DNA from: Vulcanimicrobiota bacterium
GTDB lineage: Bacteria > Vulcanimicrobiota > Vulcanimicrobiia > Vulcanimicrobiales > Vulcanimicrobiaceae
Length of the DNA stretch: 64,000 nt
Reading direction: 5' to 3'
Assembly: GCA_963795855.1 (NCBI GenBank)
Contig: CAWCIZ010000002.1
Span: forward strand, 639,452 to 703,451
Shown here: positions 1 to 9,053 of the stretch, one piece after another
Layout: each line of letters begins with the position of its first letter
How positions within the stretch are numbered: the first letter of the stretch is position 1
Notes under the pieces: model-generated
Told to the model about the DNA's origin: nothing
The model's input: the letters and a program-made list of their open reading frames with translations, nothing else
The model's database searches: none
Program-made: the position numbers and the translations under genes

Positions 1-1196
1 GCGTCGAGCGCGCCGTCATCTACCTCGATCTCGATGAATTCAAATCCATCAACGACACGCTGGGGCATCTGGCGGGCGACGACGTGCTCAAAGAAGCAGC
101 GGCGCGGCTGCGCGCGATCGTCGACGAACGCTGCACGGTCGCACGCATGGCGGGCGATGAATTCGCAATTCTTTTCGTCGATGCGCGCCCCAGCCGCATC
201 GCGCAATTACTCGAGGTCATGCACGAGACGCTTCGGCATCCGTATCACATTGCCGGCCGCAGCATCGTCATGAGCGCGAGCATCGGGATCGCGCCGATCG
301 ACCGGCAATACGCGTCGATCGCGGAAGTGCTGCGCGACGCCGACACCGCAATGTACTTTGCCAAGAGCGAAGGCCGCGATCGCAGCGCGATCTTCACGCC
401 CAGCATGCACGAGGCGGCGTTGCGGCGCCTGTCGTTGCGCATGCACCTGCGCAGCGCCATCGACGAGCAGCAATTCGTCGTCCTCTACCAGCCGATCGTC
501 GCGCTGGAGGACCGCAGCATCAGAGGCGTCGAGGCGCTCTTGCGCTGGAACCATCCGGAGGAAGGCTACCTCGCGCCGGCGGCATTTCTTCCGCTTGCGG
601 AAGACATGGGCCTGATGGTGCCCGTAGGCCGCTTCGTGCTGGAAAGCGCATGCCGCGATCTCGCCGCGTGGCAGCGGTTATCGCCGGAGCGGCGCATAGC
701 GCTGAACGTCAACCTGTCCGTGCAAGAAGTGCTGCAACCGGATCTTCCCGAGTTTCTCGCGGCGCTCATGGAAAAGCATCGCGTCGATCCCGGCCAATTG
801 ACGCTCGAAATAACCGAAACGTCGATCTTGCAAAGTGAATCGCGTGCGGCGGGCGTGCTGGCGCGTCTGAAATCCATTGGCGTCGATCTGTGCATCGACG
901 ACTTCGGCACCGGCTATTCATCGCTGCGCTACATTCAGTCGCTTCCAATTGACGCATTCAAGATCGATCAGACGTTCATTGCCGGAATCGGGCGCCAAAA
1001 AAGCGCGCAGATCGTGGAGATGCTCGTGCGCTTGGGCGTTTCGTGCAATCTCCAAGTCACCGCGGAAGGCATCGAGACCGAAGAACAGGCCGCCCGGTTG
1101 CTCGCCCTAGGCTGCGAATTCGGGCAGGGCCTGCACTTCCATCCGCCCCTGGCGGCAGATAGTATGACTGGACTCCTCGAGGCCGGCACGCGTTAA
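1..1196 (+). CDS. GGDEF-EAL c-di-GMP signalling protein (5' end outside window)
   Basis: Frame is open from position 3 (YLDLDEFKSINDTLGH). Motifs RMAGDEF, VEALLRW, IDDFGTGYSSL, KIDQ, AEGIE. Confidence 0.95.
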   Translation, partial: VERAVIYLDLDEFKSINDTLGHLAGDDVLKEAAARLRAIVDERCTVARMAGDEFAILFVDARPSRIAQLLEVMHETLRHPYHIAGRSIVMSASIGIAPIDRQYASIAEVLRDADTAMYFAKSEGRDRSAIFTPSMHEAALRRLSLRMHLRSAIDEQQFVVLYQPIVALEDRSIRGVEALLRWNHPEEGYLAPAAFLPLAEDMGLMVPVGRFVLESACRDLAAWQRLSPERRIALNVNLSVQEVLQPDLPEFLAALMEKHRVDPGQLTLEITETSILQSESRAAGVLARLKSIGVDLCIDDFGTGYSSLRYIQSLPIDAFKIDQTFIAGIGRQKSAQIVEMLVRLGVSCNLQVTAEGIETEEQAARLLALGCEFGQGLHFHPPLAADSMTGLLEAGTR

Positions 1197-1223
1197 ATCG
1201 CTTCCTTCGTGGGTAGCATCCCC

Positions 1224-1406
1224 ATGATGGTTGTCGATACAGGCGTCGTGACGACGCGCTTGGGCGAGCCCCGCAGCACCGTGGAACGCGGCACGATCGA
1301 AGAGACGTGCACGTACGTCCGCCACTGGGCGTGGCCTTGCGGGTGCCAAGGCGAGATCATCGGCGGCACGCTCATCGAAATGAGCTGCTGCGAACTGCAC
1401 CGCTAG
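1224..1406 (+). CDS. Small Cys-rich hypothetical protein
   Basis: Fills the gap between the EAL gene and hpnG, with a 4-nt convergent stop overlap. Motifs WPCGC and CCELH. TAGCAT (-10-like) lies just before ATGATG. Confidence 0.5.
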   Translation: MMVVDTGVVTTRLGEPRSTVERGTIEETCTYVRHWAWPCGCQGEIIGGTLIEMSCCELHR

Positions 1407-1993
1407 ACTTTCGTTTTCAGCGTTGCCGCGGCTTTTGCCGCGATGCGCGCGGCGATTGCGGAGCATCGCGGTCCTTCACGCATGAGAAACGGCAGATCGC
1501 GCCACGCGCGCGGCTGCAGCAATGCGCGCGCAGGCCGCATCCAAGCCGCGGAAATTTCACGTTCGGGCGTATCGAGTATTACGCGAACGCAGGCGACGCG
1601 AGGAGCGCGAAGCAGCGCCGTTTCCATGTCTACGCCCGCATATCCGAGAGCCCCCAACCTTTGGCGTTCCACTCCGTATACGAGCGTTGCGCTCGTGTAG
1701 AGCGGATCGAGCAGCACGTCGTGACCTAATCCTCGGGCGGCTTGTTCGAGGGCATGCACGGCGGCAGCGTCGCACTCCACACGATGGCCGTCGGGGCCGC
1801 GAACTACCTGCGGAACGAGCACCGTACCGGTCGTTACTCCGGCTCGAACGCCGCCGGCAAGCCCGCAGCTAATCGCGAGATCTTCGAACGTTCGCCGGCG
1901 TGCCAGCGCCACGCCGCATTGGACGACGGAGATATCGGCGCCGGCGTACCGGCGAACGGCTCGTGCTTCCGTGCTTGTCGCGGCGACGATCGT
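1403..1993 (-). CDS. hpnG: Hopanoid-associated nucleoside phosphorylase-like protein
   Basis: Motifs ISCGLAGG and GVDMET, position in the hpn operon. The N-terminal IVAATSTEARAV lies upstream of the first GTG (1912), so the start is inferred at ACG 1993. Confidence 0.75.
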   Translation of the reverse strand, partial: TIVAATSTEARAVRRYAGADISVVQCGVALARRRTFEDLAISCGLAGGVRAGVTTGTVLVPQVVRGPDGHRVECDAAAVHALEQAARGLGHDVLLDPLYTSATLVYGVERQRLGALGYAGVDMETALLRAPRVACVRVILDTPEREISAAWMRPARALLQPRAWRDLPFLMREGPRCSAIAARIAAKAAATLKTKV

Positions 1994-2991
1994 TACGATG
2001 AGGCGTACCCGCGATCGCGATACCAGCGCACCGCGCGTTCCAGCGCAGCGAGTACGGGCCCGGGTTGGAATTGCAACTCGCGCCGCGCTTTAGCGCTGTC
2101 TGCGTACATGCGCACGCGCGACATCTTCACGCCTTCGACCGGAACGCGCGGCGTCGATCCGCGGCTCATGCGACACCGCGCCTCGTCGGCATAGGCGATC
2201 GCAAGTGCGAGGGCATCCGGCACACGCCAGCGCGGCACCGCCTTTCCGGTCACCTCCGAAAGCAATCGCCACACGTCGTCGAGCAGCAAATTTTCCGCGC
2301 CGAGAATGTAGCGTTCTCCCGGAGTCCCGGCGCGCAAGGCTGCAACGTGCGCGCGCGCGACGTCCTCGACCGGCACCAAATTCAAACCGCCGCGCGGCGG
2401 CTTTGCAAACATTTTCCCGCGCGCGAAATCGAGAATCATCCGTCCCGTTGGCGTGGGTTTCCAATCGCCCGGGCCGACCGGCGCCGTCGGCAGCAGCGCA
2501 ACGACCGGCACGCGGCCGGCGAAGGCCGCGCGTTCCTGATCCACTTTTGAATGATGGTATCCGGGCGAACGCCCTTCAGTCGCATAATCGTCTTCGGTGC
2601 GCGGACGTCCGTCCCGCGATGCGCCGAGCGTGGCGGAACTGGACGTCAACACGACGCGTTCCACGCCGGCGACGCGCGCCGCTTCCAGCAGCCCCGCCGT
2701 CCCGAGCACGTTCACCCGACGCACCATCGCCCGATCGGCCGGCGCAAATGAATACAGCGCCGCGCAGTGCACGACGTATCGGCATCCGTCCAGCGCGCGC
2801 GCCCACGCTCCGACCTGCTGCAGATCGCCGGTGACGTAGTCCACGCCGTCGGCCGCTTGTTTCGCGCGCACCAATGCGCGTACGTCATAACCGGCCGCAA
2901 TCAATTCGCGCAGAACGTGCGCGCCGACGAATCCGCTGCTTCCGGTCAGAAAGACTTTGTCAGCCACAATCACTCGCACGAGCGGCGGCAC
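1993..2991 (-). CDS. hpnA: Hopanoid-associated NAD-dependent epimerase/dehydratase
   Basis: TGSSGFVG Rossmann motif, YHHSK, PTAPVGPGDWKPTPTG. The true start may be GTG 2973 or 2967. Confidence 0.9.
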   Translation of the reverse strand: MPPLVRVIVADKVFLTGSSGFVGAHVLRELIAAGYDVRALVRAKQAADGVDYVTGDLQQVGAWARALDGCRYVVHCAALYSFAPADRAMVRRVNVLGTAGLLEAARVAGVERVVLTSSSATLGASRDGRPRTEDDYATEGRSPGYHHSKVDQERAAFAGRVPVVALLPTAPVGPGDWKPTPTGRMILDFARGKMFAKPPRGGLNLVPVEDVARAHVAALRAGTPGERYILGAENLLLDDVWRLLSEVTGKAVPRWRVPDALALAIAYADEARCRMSRGSTPRVPVEGVKMSRVRMYADSAKARRELQFQPGPVLAALERAVRWYRDRGYASS

Positions 2992-3134
2992 GGCATGTCA
3001 TTTTTGTCGCCAGTCGCCTTTCCGCATCCGTGCGGAAAGCGCTCCTTCGGCCTCTTCCCTGCTTCATAATGCTGTCCTAGCTTATGCAGCGAATTCACAC
3101 GCGCCCAAAATGACATGCCATGCCGCCGCTCATG
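2977..3134 (-). repeat. 28-bp inverted repeat enclosing about 100 nt with internal hairpins (RNA helix or MITE-like element)
   Basis: 2977-3004 pairs with 3107-3134. The two DNA mismatches are G-U pairs on the minus-strand mRNA. Inner 9-bp hairpin at 3018-3039. Confidence 0.85.
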
Positions 3135-3136
3135 GA

Positions 3137-4144
3137 TTAGTGCGCCAGTGCGGCCCGGATGCTTTCCTTTACCGATGCGGTCGTCTTTACGACCGCCGTC
3201 GGTTCGTACCCGCAATGCGCCATGCAGTTCGCGCACTTCGGATGTTTGCCGCGCCCGTACTTCTCCCAGTCCGTTTCCTCGATGAGTTCTTTGTACGTCT
3301 TGGCGTAGGCTTCATCCGACATCAGGTAACACGGGCGCTGCCACCCGAAGATCGAGTACGACGGAATGCCCCACGGCGTGCACTCCATGTCGACTTTGCC
3401 TTCGAGGAAGTCCAGAAAGAGCGGGCTGTGGTTGAGGCGCCACTTCTTGCGCTTGCCTCCGGCGAACGCTTCACGGAAGATCGAACGCGTGCGTTCGACG
3501 CCGAGGAAGTGTTCCTGATCCGGCGCCTTCTCGTACGCGTAACCGGGCGATATCTGCATCGAGTCGACTTCGAGTTCGTCGTTCAGATAATCCAGCACCG
3601 CCCGAATCGTCGTTGCATCGTCGGGATCGAAGAACGTCGTATTCGTCGAAACGCGGAAACCCTTCGCCTTGGCGACCTTGATCGCGCTCACGGCTTTGTC
3701 GAACGTGCCGTCGCGGCAAACCACTTGGTCGTGTCGCTCTTTGAGGCCGTCCAAGTGAATCATCCACGTAAAGAGCGGATTCGGTTTGAACTTGTCGATC
3801 TTCTTCTCGAGCAGCAGCGCGTTGGTACAAATGATGACCACTTTCTTGCGCGCGATCAACTCGTCGACCAACCGCGGCAGTTCCTCGTAAACCAGCGGCT
3901 CGCCGCCCGCGATCGATATGACGGGCGCGCCGCACTCCTCGATCGCCGCAACGCAGTCTTCGACCGTCAGCCGCTTGCGCAGGACGTCGTTCGGATACTG
4001 AATCTTGCCGCAGCCCGCACAGGCCAAGTTGCATTGAAACAGCGGCTCGAGCTCCATGACGAGCGGATACTTTTTCTCGCCCTTGAGTTTCTTGCCAAAG
4101 ATGTACTTGGCAATTTGCAGTTTTTGCGCGAAGGGTGTGCTCAT
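3137..4144 (-). CDS. hpnH: Adenosylhopane synthase, radical SAM enzyme
   Basis: YPLVMELEPLFQCNLACAGCGKI; C-terminal CTPWG, WQRPCYL and CANCMAHCGYE. Confidence 0.95.
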   Translation of the reverse strand: MSTPFAQKLQIAKYIFGKKLKGEKKYPLVMELEPLFQCNLACAGCGKIQYPNDVLRKRLTVEDCVAAIEECGAPVISIAGGEPLVYEELPRLVDELIARKKVVIICTNALLLEKKIDKFKPNPLFTWMIHLDGLKERHDQVVCRDGTFDKAVSAIKVAKAKGFRVSTNTTFFDPDDATTIRAVLDYLNDELEVDSMQISPGYAYEKAPDQEHFLGVERTRSIFREAFAGGKRKKWRLNHSPLFLDFLEGKVDMECTPWGIPSYSIFGWQRPCYLMSDEAYAKTYKELIEETDWEKYGRGKHPKCANCMAHCGYEPTAVVKTTASVKESIRAALAH

Positions 4145-4146
4145 TG

Positions 4147-6126
4147 TTACGCTGGTACCTGTTGCCTTTTGAGAGTCGTGCCGGCACTCGCCTTCTCTTT
4201 CGCGGCGCGGTCCATCGCCAGCGCCATCGTCGGAAAGAGATGCCGGTACATATGGTAGTTCAAATAAAAGTCTCTGGGGAACCCCGTACCCGTGAAATAC
4301 GGCTCGTCCCAGGTGCCGTCCGGGCGCTGCCGCCTACGGAGAAACTCCAAACCCCGCTGCGCCGCCTCATGCTGCGTCATTCCCGCCCATTGCAGCGTCA
4401 TCACGGCCCAAGCCGTCTGCGACGGCGTACTCGTGCCGATACCGGCGAACGACTCGTCCTCGTACGAGTAGCAGCTTTCGCCCCATCCGCCGTCCGCGTT
4501 CTGCTTGGATATCATCCACTCCGCCGCGCGCAGCACCATATCCGCACCTTCATGGAACTGCGCAAGGGCCGATACGACGCACCACGTGCCGTAAATGTGA
4601 TTGACACCCCAGCGCCCGAACCACGAGCCCGCCGGTTTCTGCGTGTCGCGCAGATAGCGGAGGGCGCTTGCGGCGTCGGGATCTCCGGTGTCGCGGCCGA
4701 GCATCGCAAGCATCTCGAGCACGTGCGCCGTGACGTCTTCGGTCGGCGGGTCGATCATCGCACCGAAGTCCGAGAACGGCATGCGATAAAGAATCTCGCT
4801 CGTGTTGTCGCGATCGAACGCGGCCCACGCGCCGTTGCTCGAGCGCATCGCGAGCGTCCACGTCACCGCGCGATCCACGGCTTCACGAACGCGCTCCGGG
4901 TCGCCGCCTTCGAGCAGCGAGCACACGATCACGGCGGTGTCGTCGATGTCGGGATAAACGTCGTTATCGAATTCGAACGCCCAGCCGCCATTGGGAACGC
5001 CTTTGCACCGCACTTGCCAGTCGCCCCACTGATCGCCTGAAATCTGTTCTTTCAGCATCCACTCGACCGCCCTGCGCATTGCCGGATGGTCGGCGCGCAG
5101 ACCGGCTTGGAACAACGCCCGAATCGCCCACGCGGTATCCCACACGGGCGACATGCAGGCTTGAAAACGCCAGCCGCTTTCGTCGGCGAACGCGAAACGC
5201 TCCATTCCCGCAAGGCCTTTTCGCATGACCGGACTATCGAGAGAATACCCTTCGAGATCGAGCGCGATCAGCGAATACACCCACGGCGGCTGAATGCCCC
5301 CCCAGCTGCCGTCGCACTCCTGACGCTCCACCACCCAGCGGATCATTCTTCTGCACGCCGCTTCGCGTCCGGGTTTGAACGGCGATCGCTCGTAGATCTT
5401 CAGCGCTTTGTCGACCCACCACAGCCAGCCGTGGCCCGGCACGTCGTGCATGCGCGCGTGCGTTCCGGGGTTGACGATTTCCTCAACGTCGACGCCCAGT
5501 TCACGGACGGGCCGTCGCGCGATCACGACGCAGAGCGGCCCGACGGTGCCGCGCGCCCAGCACGCGAAATCGTACAAATTGAACGGCATCCACGGCGGAA
5601 AATTCACGATCTCCGGCGGCATCGTCGGTACGCCGTCCCACGGGTACTTGCCGAACAGCGCCATCCAGATTTTTGTGAAGACGCGCGCGTCGGCGAGGCC
5701 GCCCAGTTTGCGTATCGTCGCGAGCGCACGGCGCATTTCATCGCGCGCTGCATCGACGCCGAGCACTTTCAACGCGACGTACGCTTCGATCGTCGTACTC
5801 AGATCCGCAGGGCCGTCATAGTACAGCGCCCACGATCCGTCCGCGCGCTGATGATGAAGGATGTGACGGATTGCGCCTTCACGAATCGGCTCGTGCGATA
5901 AACCGAGGAAACGCAGCAGCAGCACGTGCTCGGCCGTCATCGTGACGTTCGTCTCGAGTTCGTCGGTCCACCAACCGTCGGGATGCTGGCGATCCAGCAG
6001 CCAGCTAACGGCGCGATCTAAGTGCGTGCTGTTGTTAATCGTGCTCCCCCGACGAGAACTTGTGCTGCTTTCAAACCGCTGCGAACGGCCGACTCCATCG
6101 TATCCGGCCAACCGGTTGCCGTCCAT
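4147..6126 (-). CDS. shc: Squalene-hopene cyclase
   Basis: YPDIDDTA catalytic motif, QW repeats (QHPDGWW, QRADGSW, QNADGGW), FTGTGFPRDFYLNY. The true start is probably near 6039. Confidence 0.97.
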   Translation of the reverse strand: MDGNRLAGYDGVGRSQRFESSTSSRRGSTINNSTHLDRAVSWLLDRQHPDGWWTDELETNVTMTAEHVLLLRFLGLSHEPIREGAIRHILHHQRADGSWALYYDGPADLSTTIEAYVALKVLGVDAARDEMRRALATIRKLGGLADARVFTKIWMALFGKYPWDGVPTMPPEIVNFPPWMPFNLYDFACWARGTVGPLCVVIARRPVRELGVDVEEIVNPGTHARMHDVPGHGWLWWVDKALKIYERSPFKPGREAACRRMIRWVVERQECDGSWGGIQPPWVYSLIALDLEGYSLDSPVMRKGLAGMERFAFADESGWRFQACMSPVWDTAWAIRALFQAGLRADHPAMRRAVEWMLKEQISGDQWGDWQVRCKGVPNGGWAFEFDNDVYPDIDDTAVIVCSLLEGGDPERVREAVDRAVTWTLAMRSSNGAWAAFDRDNTSEILYRMPFSDFGAMIDPPTEDVTAHVLEMLAMLGRDTGDPDAASALRYLRDTQKPAGSWFGRWGVNHIYGTWCVVSALAQFHEGADMVLRAAEWMISKQNADGGWGESCYSYEDESFAGIGTSTPSQTAWAVMTLQWAGMTQHEAAQRGLEFLRRRQRPDGTWDEPYFTGTGFPRDFYLNYHMYRHLFPTMALAMDRAAKEKASAGTTLKRQQVPA

Positions 6127-7304
6127 GCGCCCGCAACGGCGAGATTCGCCAGCTTGGTTGCAGCGGCAGGACGCGCGGCACCGGGTTGCGCCAAGTACGT
6201 TCCTTCCGGATTACGGGTCGCCGCGCCTCGAACGAGCCGCGCGCCCGCGAGCGCGGGAAGCGCCGCTTGCAGTTCGCTCCACGCAATCGCGACCATGTCG
6301 GCGGAAGGCCGTCCGACGAGATCGTCCGCAGCGCTGATACTGCAACACAAATACCGCTCGCCCTTCTTGAACACCCATTGCACCGGCGAATCGAGGATGG
6401 CGGCAAACTCGAAATCGACGTCGCCGCCTTCGTACCACAAATGCACGTCCATAATCGCGAACGGCTCGTAGACGTCGAGCGGCGGCAATCCGAAGCGCGC
6501 CGGTTCGCCGAGCAGTTTCGCAAGCGCGCGCGGCGGTACTGCTAGAACGGCTGCGTCGAAACGCGATTCGCCCGCGGAGGTGCGCAGGACGATCTCGTCT
6601 GCATCGGCCTCGACGGCGAGCACCGCGCAAGAACGGTGCACGGAATCGAGGCGAGCAGCGGCGCCGTCCATGACGTTCGCGAGCGGCACCTTCGTGTACC
6701 CGAAACGCGCGGCGTTGCGGTCGTGCAAAAAAGCCGTGGAAATCACGAACGCCGCTTCGGCGGCGTTCATGCGGTCGAGCGGCGCGTTCAACGCCGGAAT
6801 CAGGAACGGCTCCCAAAAACTGCGGATGGTTCTCGGACTTTGGCCGTGCGCGCGCAGCCACTGCGCGAAGCTCGCGTCCTCACGCGCGCTGCGCGGCCGC
6901 AGGCGAAGCGAGAGCAGGGCACGCGCGATCTCCAGTTTTTCGCGCAGCGACAGATGTTTGTATCCGGCGAACGACGCGAGCAAATGAAACGGCGCGGGCA
7001 ATGCGGCGGCGCGCAAACCGCTGCGCGTTCCGCGTTTTGAATAGACGACGACGTTGAAGCGATCTTGCAGATGCAGGGCGTTTCCCATTCCGGCTCGCCG
7101 CACGAAGCGCACGAACTCCGTGCAGCATGCCAAATAGACGTGCTGCCCATTGTCGACGACGTGTCCGTCGACTTCGAAGGATGTGGCGCGGCCACCGAGC
7201 AGCCGGCTGCGCTCGAACAGCTCGACGCGCCAGCCCGCCTCCTTGAGTTCGATTGCGGCGGCAAGGCCGGCCAATCCGCCGCCCACGACTGCCGCAGCGG
7301 GCAC
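6018..7304 (-). CDS. hpnE: Hydroxysqualene dehydroxylase (FAD-dependent)
   Basis: VVGGGLAG, GGRATSF, DNGQH, GWPDTMESAV. GTG overlaps the hpnD stop (TAGTG). Confidence 0.92.
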   Translation of the reverse strand: MPAAAVVGGGLAGLAAAIELKEAGWRVELFERSRLLGGRATSFEVDGHVVDNGQHVYLACCTEFVRFVRRAGMGNALHLQDRFNVVVYSKRGTRSGLRAAALPAPFHLLASFAGYKHLSLREKLEIARALLSLRLRPRSAREDASFAQWLRAHGQSPRTIRSFWEPFLIPALNAPLDRMNAAEAAFVISTAFLHDRNAARFGYTKVPLANVMDGAAARLDSVHRSCAVLAVEADADEIVLRTSAGESRFDAAVLAVPPRALAKLLGEPARFGLPPLDVYEPFAIMDVHLWYEGGDVDFEFAAILDSPVQWVFKKGERYLCCSISAADDLVGRPSADMVAIAWSELQAALPALAGARLVRGAATRNPEGTYLAQPGAARPAAATKLANLAVAGAWTATGWPDTMESAVRSGLKAAQVLVGGARLTTART

Positions 7305-8224
7305 TATGCGTCGTCCGCGGGCTGCCGCATGCCGCTGGAGGGGCGCAGCCACGATCCCAACACGACTTGCAGTTTCTCGCCCTTCGAAAGCGCGGCACGC
7401 TCGCGCAGCGGAAGCTGCGGATCGCGCTCGATCTTGCGCAGCAAGCGTTCGTAGATTCCCGCCATGGTTTGCACGCATGCCGCCGGACGGCGCGGAATGT
7501 AGCGCAATACTTCGTATCCCGCTTGAAACAATTGCCTCGCGCGCTGCGTCTCGAATTCAATCAGCGCTTCCCAGCCCGCTCCCGGCTGCACGCGGAGCAT
7601 TTCTTCCTCGCCGATGCCGAACCGGCGCAAATCTTCCTCCGGCAAGTAGATGCGGCCCATCTCGGCGTCTTCGCGCACGTCGCGCAGGATGTTCGTCAGC
7701 TGCAGCGCCAGCCCCAGATCGTCCGCGCGAAGCAGCGCCACGTCCTCGGTAAATCCGAAGATGCGAACGCACATGCGGCCGACCACCGATGCGACCAGCC
7801 GGCAATACTCGCGCAAATCGTCCCACGTCGCATAGCGCGTGTGCGTGCAATCGCGCTCCACCCCGTCGATCAGCGCCTGCAGTTCGGCCTCCGGCACCGC
7901 GTACCGCTCCACGGCCTTGGAAAGCACCTGCATCACCGGGTCGTCGAACTCGCCGAGCATGCAGCGGCGTACGCGTTCGCGCTGCTCCGCCAAACGCTGC
8001 GGGATCGCTTCCGGCCGCGGCGCGCCGTCGACTTCGTCGTCAACCTGCCGCGCGAAATCGTACAGCGAGTAGATCGCCATGCGCTGATCGTGCGGAAGTG
8101 AAATGAAACCCCAATAAAAATTCTTGGCTTCACGCCGCGCCATCTGACGACAGAAGCGCTCCGCTTCTTGCTCGACGCTTCGCGGGCGGCGCATGTACCG
8201 AACCGCGTCAAGCGGTTTCAGCAT
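7304..8224 (-). CDS. hpnD: Presqualene diphosphate synthase
   Basis: NFYWGF, DDEVD, YCRLVASVVG, LQLTNILRDVREDA. SD GGAGGT before ATG 8224. Confidence 0.92.
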   Translation of the reverse strand: MLKPLDAVRYMRRPRSVEQEAERFCRQMARREAKNFYWGFISLPHDQRMAIYSLYDFARQVDDEVDGAPRPEAIPQRLAEQRERVRRCMLGEFDDPVMQVLSKAVERYAVPEAELQALIDGVERDCTHTRYATWDDLREYCRLVASVVGRMCVRIFGFTEDVALLRADDLGLALQLTNILRDVREDAEMGRIYLPEEDLRRFGIGEEEMLRVQPGAGWEALIEFETQRARQLFQAGYEVLRYIPRRPAACVQTMAGIYERLLRKIERDPQLPLRERAALSKGEKLQVVLGSWLRPSSGMRQPADDA

Positions 8225-9053
8225 TGCGCACCTCCGCACGGCTGCGAGCCGCTTCGATAAGCGCTCGTACGAGAATTCCCACCTTTGCCCGATTCGATAC
8301 CGACGGGCGGGTCACTTCCGTCGCATACCCCAATCGTTCGATGGCGTCGCAAATCGCGGTGCCGCCCAGACGATACAGCGCGAGTTGCAGTCGAAGCGAG
8401 CCGGGAGTCATCGATTCGAGCATTCTGCCCGATGCAAGCAGCGAACGCGCGCGCGCGACCAGCGCTTTAACGGCACCGCGTGTGCCGCCCGCGGTGAGAT
8501 CGTCTTCGAGCAAATAGGAGCGGCCGATCTTTCGATCGCGGCTCACGTCCTGAGCGTGATTCGCGAGTTGCAGTCCGATACAGACGTCGTCGGAAAGTTT
8601 TTCGGCGACGCTGCCGCGGATGCCGAAGAAACGCAGCACCACACGCCCGACCGGCGCGGCGGAAAGCATGCAGTAGGCTTCCAGTTCGGGCCACGTACGA
8701 TACGCGTGAACGCGCTGGTCCTGTTCGTTGGCCGCGATCAGATCGAGGAACGGCTGCTTGTCCAAGCGGTGCTGCGCGATTGTTTGCGCGAGGGCCACCA
8801 GCACGGGATGGACGGGCGGCGCGCCCGCAAACAGTGCTTCGGTCTCTTCGCGCCAGCGCGCCAATCGCAAAAGCGCCGCCTCGGCGGATCCGCTTTCGTC
8901 TCCCAAATCGTCGGTCGTGCGGCAGAACCCGTAGAACCGCATTAAATCGACGCGTATTGGTGCAGGAACGATCCTCGAGGCCACCGCGAAATTCTCATAG
9001 TGCCTGGTCGCCAGCATGCGGCAATAGGCGTCGGCGCTTTCAACTTCGGTCAC
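8208..9053 (-). CDS. hpnC: Hydroxysqualene synthase
   Basis: HYENFAVAS, DDLGDE, SAAPVGR, LQLANHAQDV. Confidence 0.92.
   Translation of the reverse strand: MTEVESADAYCRMLATRHYENFAVASRIVPAPIRVDLMRFYGFCRTTDDLGDESGSAEAALLRLARWREETEALFAGAPPVHPVLVALAQTIAQHRLDKQPFLDLIAANEQDQRVHAYRTWPELEAYCMLSAAPVGRVVLRFFGIRGSVAEKLSDDVCIGLQLANHAQDVSRDRKIGRSYLLEDDLTAGGTRGAVKALVARARSLLASGRMLESMTPGSLRLQLALYRLGGTAICDAIERLGYATEVTRPSVSNRAKVGILVRALIEAARSRAEVRNAETA

Noticed and set aside
2957..4258. Long antisense ORFs (for example 2957-4258, 18424-19869, 19715-21049, 28600-29916)
   Set aside because: Shadow ORFs of high-GC codon usage opposite well-supported genes.
6039..6126. shc start at ATT 6039 as a firm non-canonical call
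   Set aside because: GGAG-to-ATT spacing is only 4 nt and an in-frame ATG exists at 6126 (inside hpnE); kept only as a weak case.
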